A stretch of DNA of 58,956 bases. Origin: Deltaproteobacteria bacterium. Lineage in GTDB: Bacteria > Desulfobacterota > DSM-4660 > Desulfatiglandales > HGW-15. Positions 48,553-58,619 of this stretch are shown one piece after another. The notes below the pieces were generated by a model. That model searched no databases. It saw only the letters and a list, made by a program, of their open reading frames with translations, and was not told where the DNA came from. How positions within the stretch are numbered: position 1 is the first letter of the stretch; every line of letters starts with the position of its first letter. A program made the position numbers and the translations under genes. The DNA lies in contig JAFDAM010000003.1 of the NCBI GenBank assembly GCA_019313825.1, forward strand, positions 1 to 58,956. Direction: 5' to 3'.

Positions 48553-49079
48553 TCATTTCTTAAAATCTTCGAAAAATGCGTAATCCACTTCATACTCCTT
48601 TTTGGGCTTTAGACCTAATTCCAGGTGTTCAAACATCTCTGTCAATTTAGTTCCATCAATAATCTCTATTGGAGGGACGCCATCCCTTCGGGCCTCCTTT
48701 TTGGCATCTAAAGTAAAACTTCCTGTGGTTAATATTATTCCCTTGTCCGCTCTTCCCATCATGGCCCCTCTAAAATCCCGGATTTGAGAAGCTGATACAG
48801 AACCTTTATATCTTTTACATTGGAATAGGACCTTAAAGCTTACAAAAGGATTAATTTGTAATATCCCATGCCCATCGATACCACCATCCCCTGACCTTCC
48901 AGATACTATTACCTGCTCAAATCCAGCTTCCCTTAATAATCTTTGACTTATACGCTCAAAACCATTTGCCGATAAAGTTTGAAGAGTATTTAGAATTTCG
49001 GTTTTATAGTCTGAAAGTTCATCTGACTCCTCAAATTCTTTCTCTTTTAACTTCTCCTTATCTTTTCCTTTTTTTTCAT
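48553..49079 (-). pseudogene. mrr: Mrr-family type IV restriction endonuclease catalytic domain, out of frame with its nearest upstream ATG
   Basis: Frame open from 49098 reads ...FERISQRLL...SGDGGIDG...FQCKRYKG...IRDFRGAM...; ATG at 49079 is followed by an A8 tract one base short of frame. Confidence 0.8.
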
Positions 49080-49135
49080 AATATTCTAAAAATAGGACTT
49101 ACCTGCGACAGTTATTGGTTGAAGACCTTCCGAAT

Positions 49136-52100
49136 TCAAATTCCGTCCATCTTCTCGGCATTAAACCTTTTATAGACTTCCTTCATGATGGCATTAAACA
49201 CCAGAGTGGAAAAGTCTCCATCTTCCATGAGTTTATTGAACATCTCCTGATTTTGATCCATACGGTCAATGACCTTATCTTTATAGGCATCTTCAAAAGG
49301 GTATTTGAAATTATCATATGTGTTAGCACGGGCGTGGGTACCGAGATCTTCATCCATTACACAGTCTTCAACTATCTGCTCGAAGAATAGACGGTCTGCT
49401 TCAGTAAAATCAGTGCCGAATCGCTCATTGAGAATCTGAATGATCTCTGAAAGAGGAGACTTCTCTTCATCCTTATCTCTTCGGATACCTGCTTCTTTTG
49501 TTGGTGAAATCTCCCATTCTCCAGCAGGTTCAAGACCTATCTTTGCCTCTTCCATCTTTTGGAGCCGGTAATATTCAAGCGCTACCTCATCATCCAGCTT
49601 AAGGCGCTTTTCAATATTATCCTTTGGGAGTTTTCTTATGAGGAACTTGATATAAGGAAATAATTTCTCAAGCTCGATGTCATGGAAGGGCATGATTTGA
49701 GAGAGAAAAGAATAGAGCCTTGTAAATGTGATTAGGGCATTCTCAAAGTCATCCTTGCTCATCTTCCCTTCAATAGTGGCCTCTTCAGGCAGCTCCCTAA
49801 ATCTCTCCACAGCAGGATCAAGATATGCGTTTAACTTTGCCTGGTTTGCTGAATTGAATTTAGGGTCGAAATATATCCTGGAAAAGCTATCCACTTCTGA
49901 CTGCCATATAACTCCTGTTTGTTCTATCGAAGTTTTCAAGTCATAGAGGTGGTTTGGATCAGTCGTGCTTTCAAGAATTGTTTCCTCATAATAGGGCTGA
50001 AACGATTCCTGGATCTCTTCCACTTCATTGACAAAGTCTAATATAAATGTATCTTCCTTGCCCGTACATGTGCGGTTTAATCGTGATAGTGTCTGAACTG
50101 CCTTAACGCCAGACAGCTTCTTGTCTACGTACATGGTGTGGAGTAAGGGCTGATCAAAGCCCGTCTGATATTTATCTGCCACAATAAGGATATTGTATCC
50201 CTCTGTGGCGAATTTCTCTGGAAGCTCTTTTTCACCAAACCCGTTTATTACAGTCTCCTTATATTCTATGCCTCCGTCATTCACTATGCCTGAAAAAGCC
50301 ACGAGGGTCTTGATGTCCGTGTACCCTTTCTCTTTAATGTACCTATCAAATTCATTCTTGTATCTTACCGCATGGAGTCTGGACGAAGTTACCAGCATGG
50401 CTTTAGCCTGACCACCGATCTTTTTTGATACGATCTGCCTGAAGTGTTCGACCATTACCTCTGTCTTCTGGCTCAGATTATGTGGATGAAGGGACACAAA
50501 CCTTGCTATGGCTCTTTTGGCCTTCTTCTTATCCACTTTAGGGTCATCTTCAATTGCCTTTGTGAGCTTGAAAAAGGTCTTATATGTGGTGTAACCCTTG
50601 AGCACATCAATGATAAAGTTCTCTTGGATTGCCTGTCTCATAGAGTAAAGGTGGAACGGTCTCGGTTTACCCTCTTCATCCTTTACCCCGAATACCTCAA
50701 GTGTCCGGGCTTTTGGAGTGGCAGTAAATCCAAAAAAACTAAGATTCTTATGCTGCCCCCTTAAGAGCATAGATTTGCGGATCTCATCCTCGATATCATC
50801 CGCATTTGGATCTTCGGCTTCCTCCTGCATAGCTTCTTCAAGATTTTTTCCAGCCAAGACATCTTTCAGCTTCCGTGATGATTCACCACCCTGGGAGCTG
50901 TGGGCTTCATCAACAATAACCGCATAATTCCTTTTGGCCCTGTCTCCCTCCTCTTTTTCCATCTCGGCTATCTTCTCTATAACAAAAGGGAATTTCTGTA
51001 ATGTAGTGATTACAATATTGGAGCCTTTGTAGATGGCTTCTGCCAGTTGTGCTGAATCCTTGTCTATCCTTTTGACCACTCCGCGTTTATGCTCAAACTG
51101 ATAAATGGTATCCTGAAGCTGGTTATCCAATACCTTTCGGTCAGTAACGACAACCACGGAATCAAAGATACGCTCATCAAGATTGTTATGAATGCTGGAT
51201 AGACGATAGGCAAGCAAGGCAATGCTGTTTGATTTGCCTGACCCTGCCGAATGCTGAACCAGATGGTTCTTTCCTGCCCCCTGTTGTTTAGCGTCTGCCG
51301 ATATCCTGCGCACAACATCAAGCTGATGGAACCTTGGGAAGATCATCTTCTCCTTAATGGCCTTTTTTCCCTTTATCTCCACTTCTTCTTTCTGAAGATG
51401 AAGAAAACGGCCTATAATGTCCATCCAGCTATCCTTAGCCCATACACACTTCCACAAATAATCTGTTCTATAGCCTTTTGGATTAAGAGGATTGCCCTTA
51501 CCGGTATTGAATCCTAAATTGAATGGTAGGTATGCTGTTTTTGTACCTGCCAGCCTTGTGGTCATCCATGCTTCGTCCGTATCTACCGTGAAATGAACAA
51601 GAGCCCTTTTGTTGAACTGGAACAATAAATCCTTTGGGTTACGGTCAAACATAAATTGTTTTTTAGCGTTCTCTACGGTCTGACCTGTCATCGGATTTTT
51701 AAGCTCGACTGTGGCAACAGGAATGCCGTTTAGACCAAACACCATATCAACAGAGTTCTCATTTTTGGTGGTGTACTTGACCTGTCTGGTGACAGTCAGG
51801 ATGTTTGAATCATATAATCGTTGAGTATCAGGATTAAGCCCTGTTTCAGGCTTAAAGAATGCCATCTTGAAATTAACGCCGTAATCAGTGAATCCCTTTC
51901 TGATCACCTCAAGGCATCCCTGGTTATTGATCACTTTTATGATCCTGTTGACGACATTTGATTCAATGCTGGGACCATGGATATTTTCCAGCTTCTTCCA
52001 TTCCTTTGGTTGTGAAGTTTTAAGGAATGAGATAAGGATCTTTTTATCAACGGCAAGCTCACGGTCAAAATTTTCAGGAGAGCCTTTCACATAACCGCCA

Positions 52101-52162
52101 TTGCTCAATAGTTCCTGCTCAATAGCTTCCTCAAAGGTCTTTTCGGTGTGAATGCCGGGCAT
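49136..52162 (-). CDS. hsdR: Type I restriction subunit HsdR
   Basis: VDMV...VELKN nuclease motif; HSAGSGKS, IVDEAHSSQ, FTATPK, YQTGFDQP, QTLSRLNR. Confidence 0.95.
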   Translation of the reverse strand: MPGIHTEKTFEEAIEQELLSNGGYVKGSPENFDRELAVDKKILISFLKTSQPKEWKKLENIHGPSIESNVVNRIIKVINNQGCLEVIRKGFTDYGVNFKMAFFKPETGLNPDTQRLYDSNILTVTRQVKYTTKNENSVDMVFGLNGIPVATVELKNPMTGQTVENAKKQFMFDRNPKDLLFQFNKRALVHFTVDTDEAWMTTRLAGTKTAYLPFNLGFNTGKGNPLNPKGYRTDYLWKCVWAKDSWMDIIGRFLHLQKEEVEIKGKKAIKEKMIFPRFHQLDVVRRISADAKQQGAGKNHLVQHSAGSGKSNSIALLAYRLSSIHNNLDERIFDSVVVVTDRKVLDNQLQDTIYQFEHKRGVVKRIDKDSAQLAEAIYKGSNIVITTLQKFPFVIEKIAEMEKEEGDRAKRNYAVIVDEAHSSQGGESSRKLKDVLAGKNLEEAMQEEAEDPNADDIEDEIRKSMLLRGQHKNLSFFGFTATPKARTLEVFGVKDEEGKPRPFHLYSMRQAIQENFIIDVLKGYTTYKTFFKLTKAIEDDPKVDKKKAKRAIARFVSLHPHNLSQKTEVMVEHFRQIVSKKIGGQAKAMLVTSSRLHAVRYKNEFDRYIKEKGYTDIKTLVAFSGIVNDGGIEYKETVINGFGEKELPEKFATEGYNILIVADKYQTGFDQPLLHTMYVDKKLSGVKAVQTLSRLNRTCTGKEDTFILDFVNEVEEIQESFQPYYEETILESTTDPNHLYDLKTSIEQTGVIWQSEVDSFSRIYFDPKFNSANQAKLNAYLDPAVERFRELPEEATIEGKMSKDDFENALITFTRLYSFLSQIMPFHDIELEKLFPYIKFLIRKLPKDNIEKRLKLDDEVALEYYRLQKMEEAKIGLEPAGEWEISPTKEAGIRRDKDEEKSPLSEIIQILNERFGTDFTEADRLFFEQIVEDCVMDEDLGTHARANTYDNFKYPFEDAYKDKVIDRMDQNQEMFNKLMEDGDFSTLVFNAIMKEVYKRFNAEKMDGI

Positions 52163-52194
52163 TATATCTTTTCCTCTCTTACATCAATTTTGCC
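52149..52194 (-). repeat. 46-bp hsdS-end/hsdR-start junction repeat, copy 1
   Basis: Encodes GKIDVREEKI* then MPGIH; homologous to 53859-53904. Confidence 0.8.
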
Positions 52195-52219
52195 TCTTTT
52201 CTATGTCATGATCTATTTT

Positions 52220-53581
52220 TTATCCGTCATCACTATTATCGGCCACCGTCCAATGGCCACCTCTTGCCGGTCCGATTCTTATCAACATCCCCTTATCTTT
52301 AAGTTTCTTAATGTTTTCTTTTATCTTCCGATCAGATATCCCGATAATCCCAGACAATTCTCTGGTTGTGATATGAGGATTTATATCAATATTCTTAATA
52401 ATTTTCTTTTGATTTTCAGTGACCTTTTCAGTGACCTTTTCAGTGACCTTTTCAGTGACCTTTTTGTCCGGATAATCCTTTTTTCTGAAAATTACTGTGA
52501 AAAATGTATTATAAAAAAATTCGACATCCACCCTGCCGTGCTCTTTTATAGATTGTTTAATTCTGTTGATCCCTGTTCCAATTCGTTCAATGTAATTGGC
52601 CCTGTTTAGAAGAGATGCAATAATGGGATTTCTTACAACGCTTTTCTTACCAAAATCTTCAGGGCTTAATCCGGATGGCAAGCCGCCCGGATTAGATATT
52701 TCAATCCGATCGTCAAAAATCTCTATCACCACATGTGCGCCTTTTTCAAAATAATCCCTGTGGCATACTGAGTTAATCACAGCCTCCCTTAATGCCGGTT
52801 CAGGAATATCTGGAATTTCTTCTCTTCTTAGTTTTTCAATTTTATATTCCAGATTAGTGTGTCGTTTAATAAACATGACCGCATCTTCGATATTCTTGAT
52901 TATATCGCCGGAGAAGTCCTTTTTATCCAATATGTTCAGTTTTTTCGTGCCTTTATAAAGTACGCAGACAATCGTTGCCTGTAAAATTAAAAATTCGGTT
53001 GATTCTGTAAAAAAAAGGACGCCTGCATTGGTCAATCGACCGTTTCCTGATATGCAGTCCAGATTTCTCAGAAGAAAATTTTTTTCAATCGTTGGTGTAA
53101 TGGAAGAAATTTGTAGAAAATGAGTAAATGCTGATTCATTAAAATCCTTTTTAATGTCTGCCTTGGCGTTTTCCAGTTCGTCAAACCGGATACGCCCCTC
53201 CTTTTGAAAAAAAGATACAATCTCGTTTCTTTTGAGTTTCTGGCTGTTCGGCCCTATTCTTATAAAAAAACCTTTTGAACATCCATAAGGCTTCTCTCTG
53301 CCTTCCGGAATATCAATAACAACAAGATTGTCGTGAGTGGAAATCTTAATATCGAGTTTGGGTTCAAGCTGGTTGATGATGTCCTGAATTTTGGAAATAA
53401 AACGGTTACCGGTTTGTATCCCTTTTACCTTTCCGCCATCTGATACACCTAATATAATTTTACCTCCGGCAGCATTGGCAAATGCGCAAACCTCTTCAAT
53501 AAAAGATTTATCAACAGATTCCTTGAACTCGAGATGATATCCTTCTCCAGTTTGAATTAATAATTTTAATGTTTTATTCAT
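52220..53581 (-). CDS. AlbA_2 (Schlafen-like) / HATPase_c_4 / HTH protein
   Basis: GEGYHLEFKES...CAFANAAGG...LGVSD; ALREAVINSVCHRDY; RNPIIA; ERIGTGI; C-terminal HTH with GGHW. Confidence 0.88.
   Translation of the reverse strand: MNKTLKLLIQTGEGYHLEFKESVDKSFIEEVCAFANAAGGKIILGVSDGGKVKGIQTGNRFISKIQDIINQLEPKLDIKISTHDNLVVIDIPEGREKPYGCSKGFFIRIGPNSQKLKRNEIVSFFQKEGRIRFDELENAKADIKKDFNESAFTHFLQISSITPTIEKNFLLRNLDCISGNGRLTNAGVLFFTESTEFLILQATIVCVLYKGTKKLNILDKKDFSGDIIKNIEDAVMFIKRHTNLEYKIEKLRREEIPDIPEPALREAVINSVCHRDYFEKGAHVVIEIFDDRIEISNPGGLPSGLSPEDFGKKSVVRNPIIASLLNRANYIERIGTGINRIKQSIKEHGRVDVEFFYNTFFTVIFRKKDYPDKKVTEKVTEKVTEKVTENQKKIIKNIDINPHITTRELSGIIGISDRKIKENIKKLKDKGMLIRIGPARGGHWTVADNSDDG
52413..52464. 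repeat. 12-bp tandem repeat (ttttcagtgacc)x4 encoding KVTE repeats
   Basis: Four perfect units in the linker before the HTH. Confidence 0.9.
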
Positions 53582-53718
53582 TATTGCCAGCTCCGTAATA
53601 TTTCCTGCGTACTCGTTTTAATAATGTGACCAGCTCAATTTTCCAGATACTGTCAGGAATTTTTCATATTATAAAAAAAGAGCCATATATTAACCCGGCA
53701 ATTAAATAAGCCAACTTC

Positions 53719-53827
53719 GTCATGCCGAACTTGATAAGCCTGCCCCGGGCATCGACCCGGGGGCATCCAGTGTTTTACTGGATTCCGGCGGCAGTTTACC
53801 CCGCACCTGATGCGGGACCGGAATGAC
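53719..53827. repeat. REP-like composite palindrome
   Basis: gtcatgccg...ggcatccag / ctggattccgg...ccggaatgac arms with nested GC-rich hairpins in AT-rich context. Confidence 0.65.
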
Positions 53828-53858
53828 ATGAAAAGGAAATTGGCAGGTTTCTTTATTA

Positions 53859-53904
53859 TGAATTTCAGGCATTATATCTTTTCCTCCCTGACATCTATCT
53901 TGCC
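53859..53904 (-). repeat. 46-bp hsdS-end/hsdR-start junction repeat, copy 2
   Basis: True hsdS end GKIDVREEKI* followed by abortive MPEIH start. Confidence 0.8.
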
Positions 53905-55198
53905 GGTTACGACTTCACTGATTAGGGCTGTGCGGTATTCCTGTAAGAGTTCTATTTCTTTTTCTGATTTGGAGATTATACAGTTGATTCTGGTAGTTTC
54001 TTTTTCTATGTATTGAACGATCTGATTTTGTTCTTTAATTGAAGGCAAAGGGATTTTTATTGAGAGGATCTGTTCACCACTAAAATTCCCTTGTTTCGTT
54101 CCAGAAGGCAAAGAGAAAAGCAAATTCAAATATGCTTCACTTTGTAATATATTTATAGCATATTTTCTTAATATACTATCTTTACAAATTAGTTTTGCTA
54201 CTCGCTGATTTAATAGAAATTTTTCATCTTTATTCAATAAAATCGCATATCCATAATCCCTCTTGCCTAATGTTCCGGTTAAGGACATTAGAATATCATT
54301 TTTTTATACAACATATTCAGGATACTTATTTAAATACTCATAAGACAAAAAAGTTGGTTGTCTATCAAGACAAAGGCTATTTTGATATAAGTTCGCAATT
54401 TTTAATAGTTGGACACCTTCATTAGTAAAATCTATTGATTTAAAGGCAAATCCCCCTAGTATATTCATACAATATTTTAACCTTTTAACCTCCCAATGCT
54501 CCGGTATCTCCCCCAACCATTCAATCCCTGAATCCTTCATAGGCACATCAGGATCAAGTCCTTTGGTGACAGCCTGATTGATAACAGCAGTGCGTTCTTC
54601 TTTGAGAAGTTCAATTAACCTTTTTTTCTTTTCAATAAGGGAATCTATCTGTGCGGTCTTGTGGTCAAGGTATTTGGCGATCTGTTTTTGTTCTGGTATT
54701 TGAGGGAAAGCGATTGTTTGGTTTTTTATATTTTCCGCATGGATATTCTGGTTTACACCGCCATGTAAACTGGAATAGATGCCAACCTTGAAGCTGTTTG
54801 AATAGAAATAATACTTTAGAAAATCACTATATGTTTTGGTATTGAATCTAAAGTTTATCAGATATGAAGCAAAAACAGCTCTAACATTTTTTCTGACTAA
54901 CCCAAACAATCCAACGGAACCTGTTCTTGGAAACAAAAAATCATTTATTTGAACTTGATAAACATTTTCATCTTTTTCAGTTATTTTCACATATGGCATG
55001 TTTTCATAGTAGATATTTCCATTTTCGTCTAAATCAGAAATTCTTATTAACTTTACTCCTTCTTCAATATAATCTTCTACTGTATAATAACCTTGTCTAT
55101 GTTCATAAGTAACTCTTTTTAATATCATGAAATCCCAGTAGTCAGGGATTTCTCCAATCCACTCAATCCCGGAATCTTTATATTTCAGATATGGCCTC
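53872..55198 (-). pseudogene. hsdS: Type I specificity subunit HsdS with one in-frame TAA at 54306-54304
   Basis: Two KDSGIEW.GEIP..W repeats, two P..EQ..I helices, C-terminal VTGKIDVR; both ORF pieces share one frame (VV*KNDILMSLTG). Confidence 0.9.
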
Positions 55199-55280
55199 AT
55201 ATAGCTCCTTTTAATCACAGTCCAGGATTCCAGGGCCTTTGGCCTTTTTTGAATTCGCCATAGTGGGCCTGGACCTATTT

Positions 55281-56312
55281 TTAACTATAGTTTTCCTTAT
55301 TAATCAAATTAACAATAACTTTTATAATTATCTCTTTGTCTTTGGGGTTGCTTTCAGCAATCATAAGAGTAAGAGCTACTAGAGCATTGTCTCCAATCCT
55401 TTTTTTCCCATCCCTTGAATATAAGAGGCCATTTGAGTCCAGATACCAGATAAAAAGAAATGCAGCTATCCTCTTATTCCCATCAACAAATGAATGGTTT
55501 TTTGTTACAAAATAAAGTAGATGAGCAGCTTTTTCTTCAATGCTTGAATATAGTGGTTTTCCATCAAATGTCTGATAGATAGCACCTAAAGATCCGTTAA
55601 AGGATTTGTCTTTTTCCTTCCCAAACAGGTCTGATGCCTCTTCATTAGTACAAAATTGCCGATTGAGTTGATATACAGCATTTATTGCTTTTTCATATGT
55701 CAGAATAAACTCCTTTTTTCTAGTGGTCTTTTTGATCTCCAGATTCTGATGGTCATACTGATCAAGTATTGTTAATGCATAAGAATAATCTGTTATAACC
55801 TTGAGGAGTCCTGCACTTTCATATTTATCAAGCTCTTTATTTTTTAAAAGCCTGCCCATAAGGTTCACAGTTTTTTGAAGTTCTAAAAGACGGGTATTTT
55901 GTCCCTTTAGTCTCTTTTCATTAACTGAATAACCTTTAACAAGATAATCTTTTAATATCTGAGTGGCCCATATACGGAATTGGGTACCTCGTTTGGAATT
56001 GACACGGTATCCGGCAGAGATAATCATGTCTAAGTTGTAAAAATTCACCTGATATGTTTTTCCATCTTTCGCAGTATGTGCAAATTTTGCACATACTGAT
56101 TTCTTTTGTAATTCCTGCGACTTGAGTATATTATTAATATGTTTTGTAATCACACTTCTCTCTGTCTGAAACAGATCTGCCATCTGCTGCTGCGACAGCC
56201 ACACAGTTTCCTGCTCTAACCTTACTTCCAGGCCACCTTTTCCATTTTTGGGCTTGAAAATAACTATCTCACCTTTTAGTTTTTCTTCCATTCTTTTTCC
56301 TGATAATGTCAA
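55281..56312 (-). CDS. RhuM/Fic-DOC family protein; start probably 56291
   Basis: ETVWLSQQQMADLF, YNLDMIISAGYRVNSKRGTQFRIWA and Fic motif HSFVDGNKR. Confidence 0.9.
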   Translation of the reverse strand: MTLSGKRMEEKLKGEIVIFKPKNGKGGLEVRLEQETVWLSQQQMADLFQTERSVITKHINNILKSQELQKKSVCAKFAHTAKDGKTYQVNFYNLDMIISAGYRVNSKRGTQFRIWATQILKDYLVKGYSVNEKRLKGQNTRLLELQKTVNLMGRLLKNKELDKYESAGLLKVITDYSYALTILDQYDHQNLEIKKTTRKKEFILTYEKAINAVYQLNRQFCTNEEASDLFGKEKDKSFNGSLGAIYQTFDGKPLYSSIEEKAAHLLYFVTKNHSFVDGNKRIAAFLFIWYLDSNGLLYSRDGKKRIGDNALVALTLMIAESNPKDKEIIIKVIVNLINKENYS

Positions 56313-56401
56313 TCGTCAATTCAATCTAGGTGGACATCCTTCTTCCTGACTGGCAAGCATGCCACAAATATCGGCGGGCAAGCCCGCAGGATCTTGTTGA
56401 A

Positions 56402-56429
56402 TTGCTGCCGACAATAATGTCGGCAGCAA
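56402..56429. other. Perfect 12-bp hairpin between hsdM and rhuM/fic (terminator or operator)
   Basis: ttgctgccgaca-ataa-tgtcggcagcaa. Confidence 0.45.
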
Positions 56430-56516
56430 ATTGCCCTTTTATCTTCATTTTAAATGATTTCAGCCTGTTACTCCTTAACACCTCGTAACCGTTAAAGTTG
56501 ATAAGTTGCTTTTTAA

Positions 56517-58252
56517 TTATCCAAGCACCTCACTGAGCATCCCTTCTGTCTCTTTCTCAAGCGTCAGTATATCCGCCCTTATTTCCTCCAAAGGTCTAAA
56601 GGGTTTGTATTCATAAAAATACTTGGTGAGATTGATCTCATATCCTATCTTTGTCTTCTTATGGTCCACCCAGGCATCAGGAACATGAAGCAGGACCTCC
56701 TTTTCCATGTATTCCTGAATGTCTTCAGGGGAGGATTCTGTTTTGGCTTTCTTAAGGGGGATATTCTCATAATCCCTTAGGCTGGTATCGGGCTTGGGAT
56801 TACCTTTCTTATCTGTTACGACCTTACCGTTTTCAACAAGAGGTCTTTCCACAACAACCCGGCTGTATCCAAAATCAGAATTGTTGAATATCTTACAATA
56901 TTTTCCCTCCCTAAATTTTCCATATATCCTGGTGATCTCTTCAATATCCTGATCGGATATCTCATTGCGTTTGTTACCGAGGGATCGGCTCATCTTCTTA
57001 AAAAAGCTTACTGCGTTGACAAGCTGGACTTTGCCTTTTCGTTTTGGCTCTTTGCGGTTTGTACAAACCCAGAAATAGGTAAGTATCCCAGTGTTATAGA
57101 ATAGCTGGTCGGGTAAAGCGACTACTGCCTCAAGCATATCATTTTCTATGATCCATCTACGAATCTCACTCTCACCACTTCCAGCACTACCTGTAAACAA
57201 GGGGGAACCATTAAATACAATAGCAAGGCGGGAACCTCCATCTGTCGGTTTCATTTTTGATATCATGTGCTGAAGAAACAGGAAGGAGCCGTCTGATATG
57301 CGTGGCAAACCAGCGCCAAACCGGCCACCATAGCCTTTTTTCTCATGCTCCATCTTTACTTCTTTCTGAACTTTTTTCCATTCTACACCAAATGGCGGAT
57401 TGGCAAGCATGTAGTCAAGCTTTTCATCAGGGAATCCGTCATTAGTAAAACTGTTGCCGAATTTGATATTGACAGCCTTCTGCCCCTTTATCATCATGTC
57501 GGACTTACATATGGCGTATGACTCATCATTGAGTTCCTGGCCAAACACCTCAAGCCTTGCGTCCGGATTAAGCTCATTCAGATATTCCTCTGCTATTGAA
57601 AGCATGCCACCGGTCCCACAGGCGCAGTCATACAGGGTTTTCACAATGCCCTTCTTGGATAGGATGTCCCTGTCATTGATAAATAGGAGATTGACCATGA
57701 GACGGATGACCTCTCTGGGTGTAAAGTGCTCTCCTGCTGTCTCATTGGACATTTCAGCAAACTTCCTGATAAGCTCCTCAAAAACATACCCCATCTCCAT
57801 GGAAGAGACCCCATTGGGATGAAGGTCTATCTTAGCGAATCTCTCTACAACCAGGAAAAGAAGATCCTGTTGATCAAGGTATGTAATCTGACCATCAAAC
57901 TTGAATTTCTCTATTATCTCCCTGGCATCCGTTGAAAAGCCGTTTATGTAGTTACGAAGGTTCATAGCAAGGTTGTCGGGATCGGCAATCAGCTTTTTGA
58001 AATCAAATTTGCTCCTGTTGTGGAAGTTATATCCCGCCACCTTATTAAGGACGGTCTCCATGGCCTCTTCATTGAGCTTTTTGACTGACTTGTGTTTTTC
58101 CAGAACCTTTTCCTTGTTTTTTCAAGGACACAGTCCAATCTTCTGAGCATCGTAAAAGGAAGAATTATCTTTCCATATTCAGCCTGTTTGTAGTCGCCTC
58201 GCAGCAGATCAGCAATCGACCATATAAAATTAGCAAGTTCTCTGTTGTTCAT
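56517..58252 (-). pseudogene. hsdM: Type I methyltransferase HsdM, frameshifted near 58113-58122
   Basis: N-terminal [14 protein letters not shown]...RRLDCVLE in one frame; GEHFTPREV, DCACGTGGML and NPPF in another; one added base rejoins them. Confidence 0.88.
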
Positions 58253-58360
58253 TTCTGCTCCAAGTTATGAAAAGGTGTAATTGAACGTCTCGGAAATTCT
58301 ATCCCGCCATAGCAGGAAAATAACGGGTTTTTAATGGCATCTTATTTTGTGCCAGCAACA

Positions 58361-58392
58361 TGGAATAATGGAATGTTGGAACAATGGAATAA
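58361..58392. repeat. Imperfect 8-bp tandem repeat (tggaaNNN)x4
   Basis: tggaataa tggaatgt tggaacaa tggaataa. Confidence 0.7.
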
Positions 58393-58619
58393 TGATCAAA
58401 AACAGATAACTTCTGTGTTTGGATTAAGTGTTTTGGGATCAATTTCCACTGTTTCTCCATGAATGTTCTTATAGGTTCCAGGGATAATCACTCCCTCATG
58501 GCAATCATGGCACTCCCAAACGAATGGTTGACTTTTTTTGATGTTAAAAAATCTCTCAAAGCGTAAAATACGTCGTTTTGGAATAACCATATATGACCAC
58601 AAAATGTACATCTCAAGAC

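Noticed and set aside
54304-54306. Selenocysteine or pyrrolysine recoding of the hsdS stop
   Set aside because: The codon is TAA, not TGA or TAG
549-58000. Many 60-250 aa antisense or alternate-frame ORFs (e.g. 4057-4821, 5092-5742, 20885-21610, 46572-47135)
   Set aside because: They lie over well-supported genes and show no recognisable motifs; treated as shadow ORFs
58361-58392. CRISPR array or iterons
   Set aside because: Contiguous 8-bp units with no spacers, and no cas or rep genes
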